A stretch of DNA of 64,000 nucleotides from an uncultured Desulfosarcina sp. (lineage in GTDB: Bacteria > Desulfobacterota > Desulfobacteria > Desulfobacterales > Desulfosarcinaceae). The stretch covers positions 256,001 through 320,000 of the forward strand of contig CAXXWQ010000001.1 of the NCBI GenBank assembly GCA_963674945.2. The letters run 5' to 3'. The position numbers and the translations under genes were made by a program. Shown here piece after piece: positions 10,602-19,723 of this stretch (positions within the stretch are counted from its first letter, which is position 1; every line of letters starts with the position of its first letter). The notes below the pieces were generated by a model. That model had not been told where the DNA came from. It made no database searches and worked only from the letters and a program-made list of their open reading frames with translations.

Positions 10602-10724
10602 TAGTCAATCGCGCCGAAATCCGGCCGGTCATTCTTGCCACAAGGTGCAGGCGTATTGCGATGGATGGCCGTATATAGAGGTTCTCAGCACTATTTTCCC
10701 GGCTTCATTTTCAATTTCTTAATG

Positions 10725-10740
10725 TGGCATTATCCTTGCT
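10725..10740 (+). promoter_or_regulatory. Sigma54 promoter of the YeeE/TusA/DsrE operon
   Basis: TGGCATTATCCTTGCT, a near-consensus -24/-12 element. Confidence 0.8.
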
Positions 10741-10828
10741 GTTTTGCCATTCAATTAGATTGTTTCGCGTCATGTTAACCCTTGAAAACGACAACCATGA
10801 ACAACCTATCTTACTGTGGAGTTCGACA

Positions 10829-12022
10829 ATGGCATCCGGGTCTTTGATAGCGAGTGTTAAAGAGGAAGCGCGTAAGAATTACATCGCTGTTTTCGAACAG
10901 GACTGGCCATCCTGGCTGGCAGGAATATTCATCGCAATACTGGCTCTGATGATTTTTCTATGGGACGGTCCATGGGGGATTGCCGGTGGTTACAAAAACT
11001 GGGGAAATTGGGTCCTGTATTCTCTGGGTATCAACTCGGAAAAGCCTTTTGCACCATGGCTTCACCCAATGTCCATGTCCAACTTCGGAATTTTTGCCGG
11101 AGCCTTGTTCTCGGCCATGATGAGCCGTCAGTTCAAGATTCGAAAGGCACCAGCCCTTGAGTACGGTAAAGGTATCGTGGGAGGAATTCTCATGGGCGTC
11201 GGCGCCGCTTTTGCCGGAGGATGCAATGTGGGAGGATTCTACACGGCCACGGGAATGCTTTCCATGGGTGGCATTGCCATGATGGTTGGTCTGGGCGGAG
11301 GCGCCTGGATCGGTCTGAAATACCTTTTATGGGAACTGGAGCACATGCCGGCGAAACCCTTGCGCGAAAAAGACGGGACCGGGCCGTTTCTTGGCATTCG
11401 CTGGGATAGGGTACAGCCTTACATCGGTACCGGTGTGGTGGTGGCTGTTGTGGCAGCGTTTTATGCATACTCCTCCATCGATAAGACCGTGCTTGGAGGA
11501 TTGCTGTTTCTCGGGTTTCTCATCGGCCTCGTCATGCACCGGTCCAGATTCTGTTTTGTCAGGGCCTTTCGATGTCCGTTCATGACCGGCGAGGCGGAAA
11601 TGGTCAAAGTCGTTGCCATGAGCCTGATGATTTACGGCATGGGAAGCGCCGTTATCAAGTGGGCATGGATCAAGGAACCCATGGAAGGCGTGTACCACCC
11701 CTTCTTTTTGGGAAGTCTCCTGGGTGGGCTTGTTTTCGGGGTTGGAATGATTCTGGCCGGAGGATGTGCCAGCAGTACTCTGTGGCGCGTCGGGGAGGGA
11801 CATCTTAAACTGGTCATGACCATGATCGGATTCGCGTTGTCCAACGCATTGGCAGCCAAAGTCATTGCGACCTTGCACCTGTCAGAAAAACTGGGTAAGG
11901 GCGTATTCATGCCGGAGGTGTTCAGCTGGCAAGCGACCATTCCCCTGTTTATCATTTTCTTTGTCGTGTGGGCGTTCATCGCTATCTGGAATGAGGAATC
12001 GGAAAAATTCGTCATTTTTTAA
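10829..12022 (+). CDS. YeeE/YedE (TsuA-like) sulfur-compound transporter
   Basis: Multi-TM protein with the conserved Cys motifs AGGCNVG, RSRFCF and LAGGCAS. Confidence 0.9.
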   Translation: MASGSLIASVKEEARKNYIAVFEQDWPSWLAGIFIAILALMIFLWDGPWGIAGGYKNWGNWVLYSLGINSEKPFAPWLHPMSMSNFGIFAGALFSAMMSRQFKIRKAPALEYGKGIVGGILMGVGAAFAGGCNVGGFYTATGMLSMGGIAMMVGLGGGAWIGLKYLLWELEHMPAKPLREKDGTGPFLGIRWDRVQPYIGTGVVVAVVAAFYAYSSIDKTVLGGLLFLGFLIGLVMHRSRFCFVRAFRCPFMTGEAEMVKVVAMSLMIYGMGSAVIKWAWIKEPMEGVYHPFFLGSLLGGLVFGVGMILAGGCASSTLWRVGEGHLKLVMTMIGFALSNALAAKVIATLHLSEKLGKGVFMPEVFSWQATIPLFIIFFVVWAFIAIWNEESEKFVIF

Positions 12023-12056
12023 TGTGGGTACCAACAACCAATAAAGGAGAAGATCA

Positions 12057-12302
12057 ATGGATATCGAGACCATTCAAGCCGATCAGACGTTAGACACAAG
12101 AGGGCTTGCTTGCCCTATGCCCCTGCTGAAAACCAAAAAGACATTGAAGGGCATGAAATCCACCCAGATCCTGGAGGTGCTTGGCGATGATCCGGGATCA
12201 AAGAACGACATCCCCGGGTGGGCCGGCAAAGGGGGCAACGAATTTTTGGGCATGACCGACACGGACCAGGGATATACCCGTTACTTTATCAAAAAGGGGT
12301 GA
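12057..12302 (+). CDS. tusA: TusA/SirA-family sulfur carrier
   Basis: LDTRGLACPMP (CPxP) motif, 81 aa. Confidence 0.92.
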   Translation: MDIETIQADQTLDTRGLACPMPLLKTKKTLKGMKSTQILEVLGDDPGSKNDIPGWAGKGGNEFLGMTDTDQGYTRYFIKKG

Positions 12303-12306
12303 AACC

Positions 12307-12597
12307 ATGGCAGACAGGATCGCTGTGATCGTAAAAGATGTCGAACAGCAGTACGAAGCGTTGAGAACAAGTCTGGGATTGCTGCTGGAGATGGCAGAAG
12401 TACAGATGTTCGTCATGAACCATGAAATCGCAAACATGGATGAAGCGTATTCCGAGAATATGGAGTTTCTGGACGAGATGGAAGGGGAGCGGTATACCAA
12501 CAATGCTGCGAATGCCGACAAATATGGATTCAACTTATTGGAAAATAGGGAAATTGCAGAGAAATTAAAAGAGGCTTCTCTGGTTATCCCCTTTTAG
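12307..12597 (+). CDS. DsrF/TusC-like protein
   Basis: IAVIVKD...EALRTSLGL...VIPF, a DsrE/F-fold pattern with no Cys; operon context supports the call. Confidence 0.65.
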   Translation: MADRIAVIVKDVEQQYEALRTSLGLLLEMAEVQMFVMNHEIANMDEAYSENMEFLDEMEGERYTNNAANADKYGFNLLENREIAEKLKEASLVIPF

Positions 12598-12606
12598 GAG
12601 AAGACC

Positions 12607-12777
12607 ATGCAAATACTTCATATTATGAGGACACAACCCGATGAGACGGTTGCTTCTCTCAAGGAGCTCTTTTCAGACCTGGAAGGAAAAACCGTTGTGC
12701 TGTACCAAGGGGATGTCGACTGGGAAGCCCTTATAGATGACATCTTCGCCGCAGAAAAGGTCATCTCGTGGTGGTGA
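12607..12777 (+). CDS. Small DsrH/TusB-like protein (56 aa, below the ORF-track cutoff)
   Basis: AGGAG RBS. MQILHIMRTQPD...DVDWEALIDDIFAAEKVISWW has a DsrH-like C-terminus. Confidence 0.7.
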   Translation: MQILHIMRTQPDETVASLKELFSDLEGKTVVLYQGDVDWEALIDDIFAAEKVISWW

Positions 12778-12795
12778 TACACAGGAGGAAAGATA

Positions 12796-13275
12796 ATGGA
12801 TAAGGATTTGGCATCAGCCATTATGCTCGAACGTTGCAGTTGCTATGACAGGTCATTGGAAGCCGCCAAAAAAGTTCTTGCCAAAAATTCTCCTGAAACC
12901 GACGATGCTTTCTGGGCACGGAAAATTATCCGATCCTTAGGGGAGGAGTTTATCCGGCAGCGGTTTTTGGATAAGGCCATGGAGTGTTACCATGCCCTGA
13001 CCGAATACCGGACCGAACAAACGGACTGTCCGGAATTGTACAAAAACGATGTCTTTGACGGACTGGGGCCCAATAGTATCGAAGTCGGAACCCACGTGAG
13101 CGAAGACGTTCAGGATCTTCTCAATACCATCCTCGAGACGGAGTGCAGTGCATCCAGGAGCCAGGATGAACTCCTTCGTGAAGCAGTATATCTTTTAATT
13201 CTGAAGTACGCCACACAGAAAGATGTCAGAGAGAAACTCGTCAATACCCTTTCAAAAGAAATCAAAAATGATTGA
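12796..13275 (+). CDS. Hypothetical protein with Cys-containing helical N-terminus and probable C-terminal ribbon-helix-helix domain
   Basis: AGGAGG RBS. IEVGTHVSEDVQDLLNTILE...SQDELLREAVYLLILKY fits a beta-alpha-alpha RHH pattern. Confidence 0.65.
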   Translation: MDKDLASAIMLERCSCYDRSLEAAKKVLAKNSPETDDAFWARKIIRSLGEEFIRQRFLDKAMECYHALTEYRTEQTDCPELYKNDVFDGLGPNSIEVGTHVSEDVQDLLNTILETECSASRSQDELLREAVYLLILKYATQKDVREKLVNTLSKEIKND

Positions 13276-13289
13276 TATGGAGCGTTACT

Positions 13290-13604
13290 ATGTCTGATTC
13301 ATTAGGTATTATGGTAGCATCAGATCGGCATTTGGACTATGTTGTCAATCTCACCAAGGCGGCTCACAAAAAGGGTAAAGATGTTCAGATCTTCTTTACC
13401 GGCAAAGCCGTGAGACTGGGATTTGAACCGGAATTCAGAGAACTCGTCGGCCTGGCAAAACTCTCCATTTGTGACGTAAGTTTCAGAGCCAATGGATTTC
13501 ACGGACGGGAGGATGAAGTGCCCGGGGTCGGTTTCAAGGGTTTTGCCACCCAGGCGCGCAATGCAGAGATGGCCGCGGAGTGTGACCGATACCTGGTGAT
13601 GTGA
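13290..13604 (+). CDS. DsrE/TusD-family sulfurtransferase
   Basis: AAHKKGKDVQIFFTGKAV...LSICDVSF, with the conserved DsrE Cys. Confidence 0.8.
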   Translation: MSDSLGIMVASDRHLDYVVNLTKAAHKKGKDVQIFFTGKAVRLGFEPEFRELVGLAKLSICDVSFRANGFHGREDEVPGVGFKGFATQARNAEMAAECDRYLVM

Positions 13605-13676
13605 TCCGACCACCGGGACAATTTACTTTTGTTGATCACAACCTGCCTGTCCGACAGACCGCTTTTAAAATCAATG

Positions 13677-13712
13677 AAAAGGCCAACTACCACACATGGT
13701 AGCCGGCTTTTT
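13677..13712 (+). terminator. Intrinsic terminator ending the sulfur relay operon, possibly bidirectional
   Basis: AAAAGGCCAACTACCA-cac-ATGGTAGCCGGCTTTTT. Confidence 0.6.
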
Positions 13713-13849
13713 GGTAATCCATCAATTTTCCATTATCAGGATCGGGCGTCCTATTGCTGCCCGACGTCTACTCCGTTTTCCACCCACCAACATTGAGGTT
13801 TATCTGTATACCATTCATTTGGTCGCCACATTGCCAGTTCATTGCATGC

Positions 13850-15496
13850 TCAACTCTTTTTTCGAAGGAGAAAACGCTGAATTTTTCCGGAAGGCGTCTT
13901 GGGGAGTTGTTCAACAAACTCGATTTCCCGGGGGTACTGGTGGGCAGCCAGTTGTTTCTTGACAAACCCCTTGAGTTCATCGGCCAGTTCGTCATCTCCT
14001 ATCGTACCCGGCTTCAGGGCGACATAGGCTTTAATGGTCTCGCCGCGGAGTTCATCGGGGATGCCGACAACCGCCGCTTCCGCCACCGATGGGTGTTTGA
14101 TCAAGGCACTTTCCACTTCAAACGGGCCGATGCGGTAGCCTGCACATAAAATGATATCGTCCGACCGTCCACTGAAGTAGAAAAAGCCCTCCTCGTCCTC
14201 GCTAACCGTATCCCCGGCGATACAATAGCGGCCGTTCCCGACATATTTCTCCTTCGTCCGCATTGCATCCTGCCAGTATCCGCGAAACCAGCACAAGGGC
14301 GAATTTTCGGTATCGACGGCGAAAAGGCCCTCCTTCCCAGGTCCCCGCTCGTTCCCGTTTTCATCGACCACGGTCATCCTGAAGCCCGGCATGGATGGCC
14401 CCATGGATCCCATTTTCAGCTCTTTTTTCAGGTCTGCGCGGTGATGATTGTTGGCGGCCATGCCGAGTTCGGTCTGTCCGAAATGATCATGAATGGGAAT
14501 TTTCCACAGCTTCTTGCTCCATTCGATGACTTCGGGATTCAGCGGTTCCCCTGCACTCGAAGCCACTCGCAGTTGTACCGGATACTTGGCTGCAACTTTG
14601 TCGCCAGCCGCTTTCAGTGCGCGATAGGCGGTGGGGGCGGAGGCGAAATTGGTAACCCTGTATTTGCTTAAAATCCGAAAAACATTTTCGGGACTGAATG
14701 CACCGCCGTAAAAAAGGGTCGATTTGCCCAACAGCAGCGGCCCCACCAGATTGTAATAGAGTCCGTATGCCCACCCGGGATCGGCCATGTTCCAGTACAT
14801 GTCGTCATCGCGCATATCCAGGCCGAACTCCATGTAGGCATGAAAGGACGCCAGTGCCTTGATCGGTACTTCTACTCCCTTTGGACTGCCGGTGGTTCCC
14901 GAGGTGTAAAGCATGATCATCAGATCATCGCCTGTAGCCGGCTCCGGCGTGTCCACGACCTGCCCCTTCTCCAGTTCGTGCCAGAAACTGTAGTCGCCTT
15001 TTTCGATGCCGCGGCCGCTTGTATCGGCGATGGTCACGGTACGGATCTTTCCTTTTTTGTAACATGCCGTATCCGAAATTTTGGGACGCTGGACAGCGTT
15101 GGTTACCAGAACCTTGGTGCCGCTGTCGTCTATTCGATGGTCAATGGCATCGGATCCGAACGCGGTAAACAGGGGCACGTAGGCGGCCCCCAGGCGCCAT
15201 ACCGCCAGGGTGGTAATCACCAATTCGGGCATTTTCGGAAGGAGCGCCGCTACCCGGTCACCTTTTTCGACGCCGATGGATCGGAGGAATCCGGCCATCT
15301 TCGATGAGAGTTCTTTCAGTTCCCGGAACGTCCATTTCGATGTGTTGCCATTACCGTCCTCGTAGAACAGTGCGATTTTCTCCGGAATATGGGCATGGCG
15401 GTCGCAAAGAAGAGTGGCCGCCGATATTGCTTTGCCGCCGTATGCCGCCATCCAGAGGTCGATCGCTGCCTGTGGGGTCAAGTCTGTCATTGCCAT
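13850..15496 (-). CDS. AMP-forming acyl-CoA synthetase (short/medium chain)
   Basis: YTSGTTGSPKG, FGQTE, GRSDD and LPKTPSGKIQR. AAGGAG RBS before MAMTD. Confidence 0.92.
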   Translation of the reverse strand: MAMTDLTPQAAIDLWMAAYGGKAISAATLLCDRHAHIPEKIALFYEDGNGNTSKWTFRELKELSSKMAGFLRSIGVEKGDRVAALLPKMPELVITTLAVWRLGAAYVPLFTAFGSDAIDHRIDDSGTKVLVTNAVQRPKISDTACYKKGKIRTVTIADTSGRGIEKGDYSFWHELEKGQVVDTPEPATGDDLMIMLYTSGTTGSPKGVEVPIKALASFHAYMEFGLDMRDDDMYWNMADPGWAYGLYYNLVGPLLLGKSTLFYGGAFSPENVFRILSKYRVTNFASAPTAYRALKAAGDKVAAKYPVQLRVASSAGEPLNPEVIEWSKKLWKIPIHDHFGQTELGMAANNHHRADLKKELKMGSMGPSMPGFRMTVVDENGNERGPGKEGLFAVDTENSPLCWFRGYWQDAMRTKEKYVGNGRYCIAGDTVSEDEEGFFYFSGRSDDIILCAGYRIGPFEVESALIKHPSVAEAAVVGIPDELRGETIKAYVALKPGTIGDDELADELKGFVKKQLAAHQYPREIEFVEQLPKTPSGKIQRFLLRKKS

Positions 15497-16066
15497 AGTG
15501 TCGCTCCTTTTGGGGTCAGATCGTTTCATCAGGGGATATCGAAAATGGCCGACGCAACTTACGGACGTATCCTTACAAAACGATCGTCGCAGTCGCATCG
15601 TGGCCTTTTGATCCCGGTGGTCGGAATATCGGGACCGGGATCAAGCTCGTCGATAAAAACGCAGTGAGCTATCGGGAGCACTTTTTCTGAAGCCGCTTTC
15701 GAAGTACTTACGCAGGTTCCGGTTGAGGAGGGAGGAACGATCAACGATTCCCGATCGTCATCAATAGAATGGATTGGGTGTATGGGTCAAGTACCGAATC
15801 AAGATCCGGCAATGTCAGAGTCGGCGACACCATTACAGAAATGGGGCGTAAAAATCCGTTACAAGTCGTCTCGCCGAAATAAATCATTGACGGCATGGGC
15901 GGACTCGTTCCAAACGAAAAACCGATCATTGATCTTTTGCGGAAATGACCGATCTTTCGGACGCATTCTTTTGTCGATTATTTTCTCTTACTGGTTCAAC
16001 GCATCATCCAGAACGTGCCGGATGCAACCGGATTTCGCATCAATTCGCCGGTTGAATTGGAAATTT

Positions 16067-16261
16067 TCATTTTCCATATTTTTCCAGGCCATATCGCCGG
16101 GCAAGCGCGATGCGTTTTTCGTCGGGCAGCGAGGTGATGTATTTCCTGAAGCCCGGGCACCAGCCGGTGTGCCAACGCCAGAGACGGCCAATGAGGCTTT
16201 TCGGATTTTTTTCGTACTTTGCTTGCATACCGCAGCTTTCACATTTATGTTTCTCGGCCAT
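16067..16261 (-). CDS. Small hypothetical protein (CxxC...WHxxWC)
   Basis: AAGGAG RBS; MAEKHKCESCGMQAKYEKNPKSLIGRLWRWHTGWCPG. Confidence 0.75.
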   Translation of the reverse strand: MAEKHKCESCGMQAKYEKNPKSLIGRLWRWHTGWCPGFRKYITSLPDEKRIALARRYGLEKYGK

Positions 16262-16281
16262 TTTTAACTCCTTCCTTTTAA

Positions 16282-16324
16282 TCGTTACTGCAGAGTACTT
16301 CTATGTACGCCTCATTTTTCGGGA
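16282..16324 (+). repeat. Remnant of the REP/MITE-like element found at 30885 and 49872
   Basis: TCGTTACTGCAGAGTACTTCTATGTACGCCTCATTTTTCGGG matches the internal part of those copies. Confidence 0.6.
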
Positions 16325-16364
16325 TGGAACATGAATGTTCGCCGTAAGGATGAAAATCAATTGC

Positions 16365-18422
16365 CTATTGCTCGCGTACCGCCGCGCTGGGCCGCCCCAC
16401 AACACTGAAGGTAAGTTCGGTGCCTAAATAGAGCCCTTTTCCCCGACCCATTGGGTCCCCACTCTTGTTATCGACGCGGTCCATCTGTACCTGGGCATGG
16501 GAAGTGCCCACTTCACGGGCAAGTCCCTCCATCCATGGCACCATCAGCTCGCGTGCATAGTCTACCGCGTGTGTCAGCCTGTCAAAGTCTTTCACTCCTC
16601 TGGGCAGGTGAAGGCGGAAGTGATCGGTATCCTTCAACGGCGTGATCAGCACCTGCTGGCGCAGCACCACGCTGCCCACTGCCGCCCCGACGGCGTTGGC
16701 TACCTCAGAGTGGGGAGGGATCACAAGGCCGGTGTGAAGCATATCGGCCATGCGGGGCATATACGCCTCCACCGGCGCTCCGATGGCCACCACCGGCCTG
16801 CGAAGAACCATCGAACAGGCCAACTCGCTCTGCATTCCTGTATTGTTTGCAGGGTTGCCGCCATTGCCATTGCTGAGCGCCCGCTCCAGCAAAAGGGCCG
16901 CCGTTGGTTCTTGATTCCAATTTGGCAGCGGGATCTCATCGGCCAGGGCTTTGCTGACGATCGCCTGGGCCGCTCCCTTTGACACGCCCTCGATCACATC
17001 CCGGCATAGCTCCTCCACTCCGCAGCAACGCTTTGCGGCCAGGACCTGGGCTCCCAACCGCGCAGCCTCGACGTTCCAAAGCGTCAAGCCACCAAGGACG
17101 TGCAGGGCGTCCGTCGGGGTAAAGCCGGACCGCATTACCAGACGCTCTGCCACCAACCAATCAATCAGGCGCGGCGTCAGGATGCCATGGCGAGATCTGG
17201 GGTCTTGGCTCGCAAGCGAGGTCGGACCATCTGCCAGACGCTTCAGAATGGCTGCCTCGGTGTCGCGAAGGAGCCGCTGTGCCTGCTGGCCTTCCATCAG
17301 GAACTGTGCGGCCTCCTCATCGCGAGGCGGAGTTTCGATCTGATTCCGCAGATCTGTTATCACATCAGGGTATTGATGGGCCAACAGACTCAGCGGCACC
17401 ACCCGTTGCGGGCCGATGGTCAACCGGGAATTATGAATCACATGAACATGGCTATCGCCACCCAAGCCCACCGTATGAATGTCTACCGCCTCGACCATTG
17501 TTCGCCATCGACCTACCTGGGCTCCTTCCCTGTTCAGGTTGGGCCGGCCATCCTGCATGGAAGCGATGTCTGTGGTCGTGCCGCCAACGTCAACAGCCCA
17601 CAGCGCACCGTCACTCAATTGTTTACCTGCCAGGTTTGCCAGGTGCCAGGCCCCCACGGTGCTGGCCGCCGGTCCCGACAGAATCGTCTCGATGGGCCGC
17701 TGCACGGCCCATTCCGCACGCATCAGCGATCCGTCGCCCTTGACCACCATGAGCGGCGCGGCAATGGCGTGTTCGGCCAGGGTATTGCGCAGGGTCTGGA
17801 TCAGTTCCCGCAACAACGGCACAAGTCGTGCGTTGAGGGCCACTGTGGTTGCCCGCCTCACCGAGTTGAGGCGGGTGGTCAGATGGTGGCCGCAGGTGAC
17901 CGGCAGATCGGTCAACTCGTGGATCAGCTCCTGCGCCCGCAGTTCATGGGTCGGATTGCGCACGCTGAAGTAACCCGACACGGCAAAGGCTTCGACCCGA
18001 TCCTTGCGGTCCTGAATCGCCTTCAACAGGGCTTTTTCGTCCAGAGGGGACGCCTCATTGCCGGACATGTCATGGCCTCCCGCCACGTACACAATATCGT
18101 CGGTCACCAACTCGTCCTTATATCCGAAGTTACGGATCAGGTCGGGGTCGTAGCCGATGAGAATCAGACACACGGGGCTGCCATGTCCTTCGACGATGGC
18201 GTTGGTCGCCAGCGTAGTGGACAACCCCACAAGGTTCACCTCCGATGGATCAGGTGCATCACTTTGTCGCAAAACAGCTTCGATAGCCTCACTAATACCG
18301 ATAGACAAGTCCCGGCGCGTGGTCAGGGCCTTTGCCGAGCAAACGACCTGGCCCGTTTCGTATTCCAGCACCACTGCATCGGTGTAGGTTCCGCCGGTGT
18401 CGATACCAATTGCAAATGTCAC
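16365..18422 (-). CDS. Hydantoinase A / 5-oxoprolinase family protein
   Basis: IGIDTGGTYTDAV, STTLATNAIVEG, TILSGPAAS, DVGGTTTD and GLGGDS. Confidence 0.9.
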   Translation of the reverse strand: MTFAIGIDTGGTYTDAVVLEYETGQVVCSAKALTTRRDLSIGISEAIEAVLRQSDAPDPSEVNLVGLSTTLATNAIVEGHGSPVCLILIGYDPDLIRNFGYKDELVTDDIVYVAGGHDMSGNEASPLDEKALLKAIQDRKDRVEAFAVSGYFSVRNPTHELRAQELIHELTDLPVTCGHHLTTRLNSVRRATTVALNARLVPLLRELIQTLRNTLAEHAIAAPLMVVKGDGSLMRAEWAVQRPIETILSGPAASTVGAWHLANLAGKQLSDGALWAVDVGGTTTDIASMQDGRPNLNREGAQVGRWRTMVEAVDIHTVGLGGDSHVHVIHNSRLTIGPQRVVPLSLLAHQYPDVITDLRNQIETPPRDEEAAQFLMEGQQAQRLLRDTEAAILKRLADGPTSLASQDPRSRHGILTPRLIDWLVAERLVMRSGFTPTDALHVLGGLTLWNVEAARLGAQVLAAKRCCGVEELCRDVIEGVSKGAAQAIVSKALADEIPLPNWNQEPTAALLLERALSNGNGGNPANNTGMQSELACSMVLRRPVVAIGAPVEAYMPRMADMLHTGLVIPPHSEVANAVGAAVGSVVLRQQVLITPLKDTDHFRLHLPRGVKDFDRLTHAVDYARELMVPWMEGLAREVGTSHAQVQMDRVDNKSGDPMGRGKGLYLGTELTFSVVGRPSAAVREQ

Positions 18423-18627
18423 TGCAGACTCCTTTTCAAAAATGCCAGTTCATAGGGCTAATCTTTGGCAATTTATTATCATTTTTTGTTTTTTCTCACC
18501 ATTATTGAAACGGCATCTACATACTATTTTGTTGGCATATCTTCAAGCGGATAAAAAATTAAAGTGAGCATGCGTGCAAAAGTGTGTCGAATCGCAATGT
18601 AAACGGTCATCTCGATCAAGCGCCCAT

Positions 18628-18666
18628 AAAAAAAGGACCTACAAGCAAAATCGCCTGTAAATCCTT
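18628..18666 (-). terminator. Probable terminator downstream of tRNA-Val
   Basis: Imperfect hairpin AAGGA.TACAAGC/GCCTGTA.TCCTT followed by a U-run on the minus strand. Confidence 0.5.
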
Positions 18667-18674
18667 GGTGTGTC

Positions 18675-18749
18675 TGGTGGGCGATACTGGATTTGAACCA
18701 GTGACTTCCACCGTGTGAAGGTGGCACTCTCCCGCTGAGTTAATCGCCC
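18675..18749 (-). tRNA. tRNA-Val (anticodon CAC)
   Basis: GGGCGATTAACTCAGCGGGAGAGTGCCACCTT-CAC-ACGGTGGAAGTCACTGGTTCAAATCCAGTATCGCCCACCA folds as a cloverleaf with encoded CCA. Confidence 0.97.
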
Positions 18750-18850
18750 CGAAACAAAAATGATCCAACCATATAGAAGGGGATGATGTGGTAAGTCAAG
18801 CGTTTTTTCTTTTCGGCCGCCGAACGGCAACTCAACTTGTCCCAGTCATA

Positions 18851-19696
18851 TCAAGCACGTTTGACGATAAACCAGGGGTTGCGTAAATCCTTTTTGTTAT
18901 AGGTGAGCGGCAGCCCGTTATCGTGCCGAACCACCTGGGCACCGCTGGCGACGGCGATGGCCTGGCCGGCGGCCGTGTCCCATTCCATGGTGGGGCCCAG
19001 GCGGGGATAGACGTCGGCCCGACCCTCTGCCACCCTGCAGATCTTCAGGGAACTGCCCGCCGAAATAAAGTTCACCGTGCCATACACTTCTCGCATCTCT
19101 TCCACATACTGCGCCAGTTCCTGCGTTGCGTGGGAACGGCTGCCCATGATCGTGAAGGGGCGGTCCTCGTCCTCTTCAAGGCGTATGGGCAGTCGATTGG
19201 CCTTGTTAACCAGCGGATCGACCCCATTGAGCTCCTCCAACCACCCGTTCTCGACTCCCGCATCGCGGCAGGACTGGATCTTGAACGCGCCGGTGTTCGC
19301 ATCGGCAAAATAGAGGCTGTCGGCAACGGGTACGAAAATGACGCCCATGGTCGGCGCACCATCTTCACAAAGGGCGATGTTGACCGTGAATTCGCCGTTT
19401 CGCTTGATGAACTCCTTGGTTCCGTCCAAAGGATCGACGATCCACATCAGAGGCCAGTCGTTTCGCTGCGAGAAGGGGATATCGCGTCCTTCTTCGCTGA
19501 GTAAGGGGATGCCAAATTTTTCGATGGCGGCCTTGATGATCTTGTGGGCTCGCCGATCGGCCTGGGTAAGCGGAGAATCATCCGCCTTTTTTTCCACGTG
19601 AATCATATCCGGCGCATCGTAGACTTCGAGAATGGCCTCTCCGGCCTGAATTGCGCCTTGGATAGCACCGAGTAACCATTGGGATCGATTTTTCAT
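18851..19696 (-). CDS. cysQ: 3'(2'),5'-bisphosphate nucleotidase CysQ
   Basis: SPLTQAD, LSEE, VDPLDGTKEF, GSSLK and EWDTAAG. Confidence 0.93.
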   Translation of the reverse strand: MKNRSQWLLGAIQGAIQAGEAILEVYDAPDMIHVEKKADDSPLTQADRRAHKIIKAAIEKFGIPLLSEEGRDIPFSQRNDWPLMWIVDPLDGTKEFIKRNGEFTVNIALCEDGAPTMGVIFVPVADSLYFADANTGAFKIQSCRDAGVENGWLEELNGVDPLVNKANRLPIRLEEDEDRPFTIMGSRSHATQELAQYVEEMREVYGTVNFISAGSSLKICRVAEGRADVYPRLGPTMEWDTAAGQAIAVASGAQVVRHDNGLPLTYNKKDLRNPWFIVKRA

Positions 19697-19723
19697 CTGC
19701 TCGTCTTTCCTCGGGTTTTTGTT

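Noticed and set aside
5319..18749. Genomic island integrated at tRNA-Val, with TGGTGGGCG at 5319-5327 as a partial att copy
   Set aside because: A 9-bp match is expected by chance in 64 kb, and no integrase or mobility gene is present.
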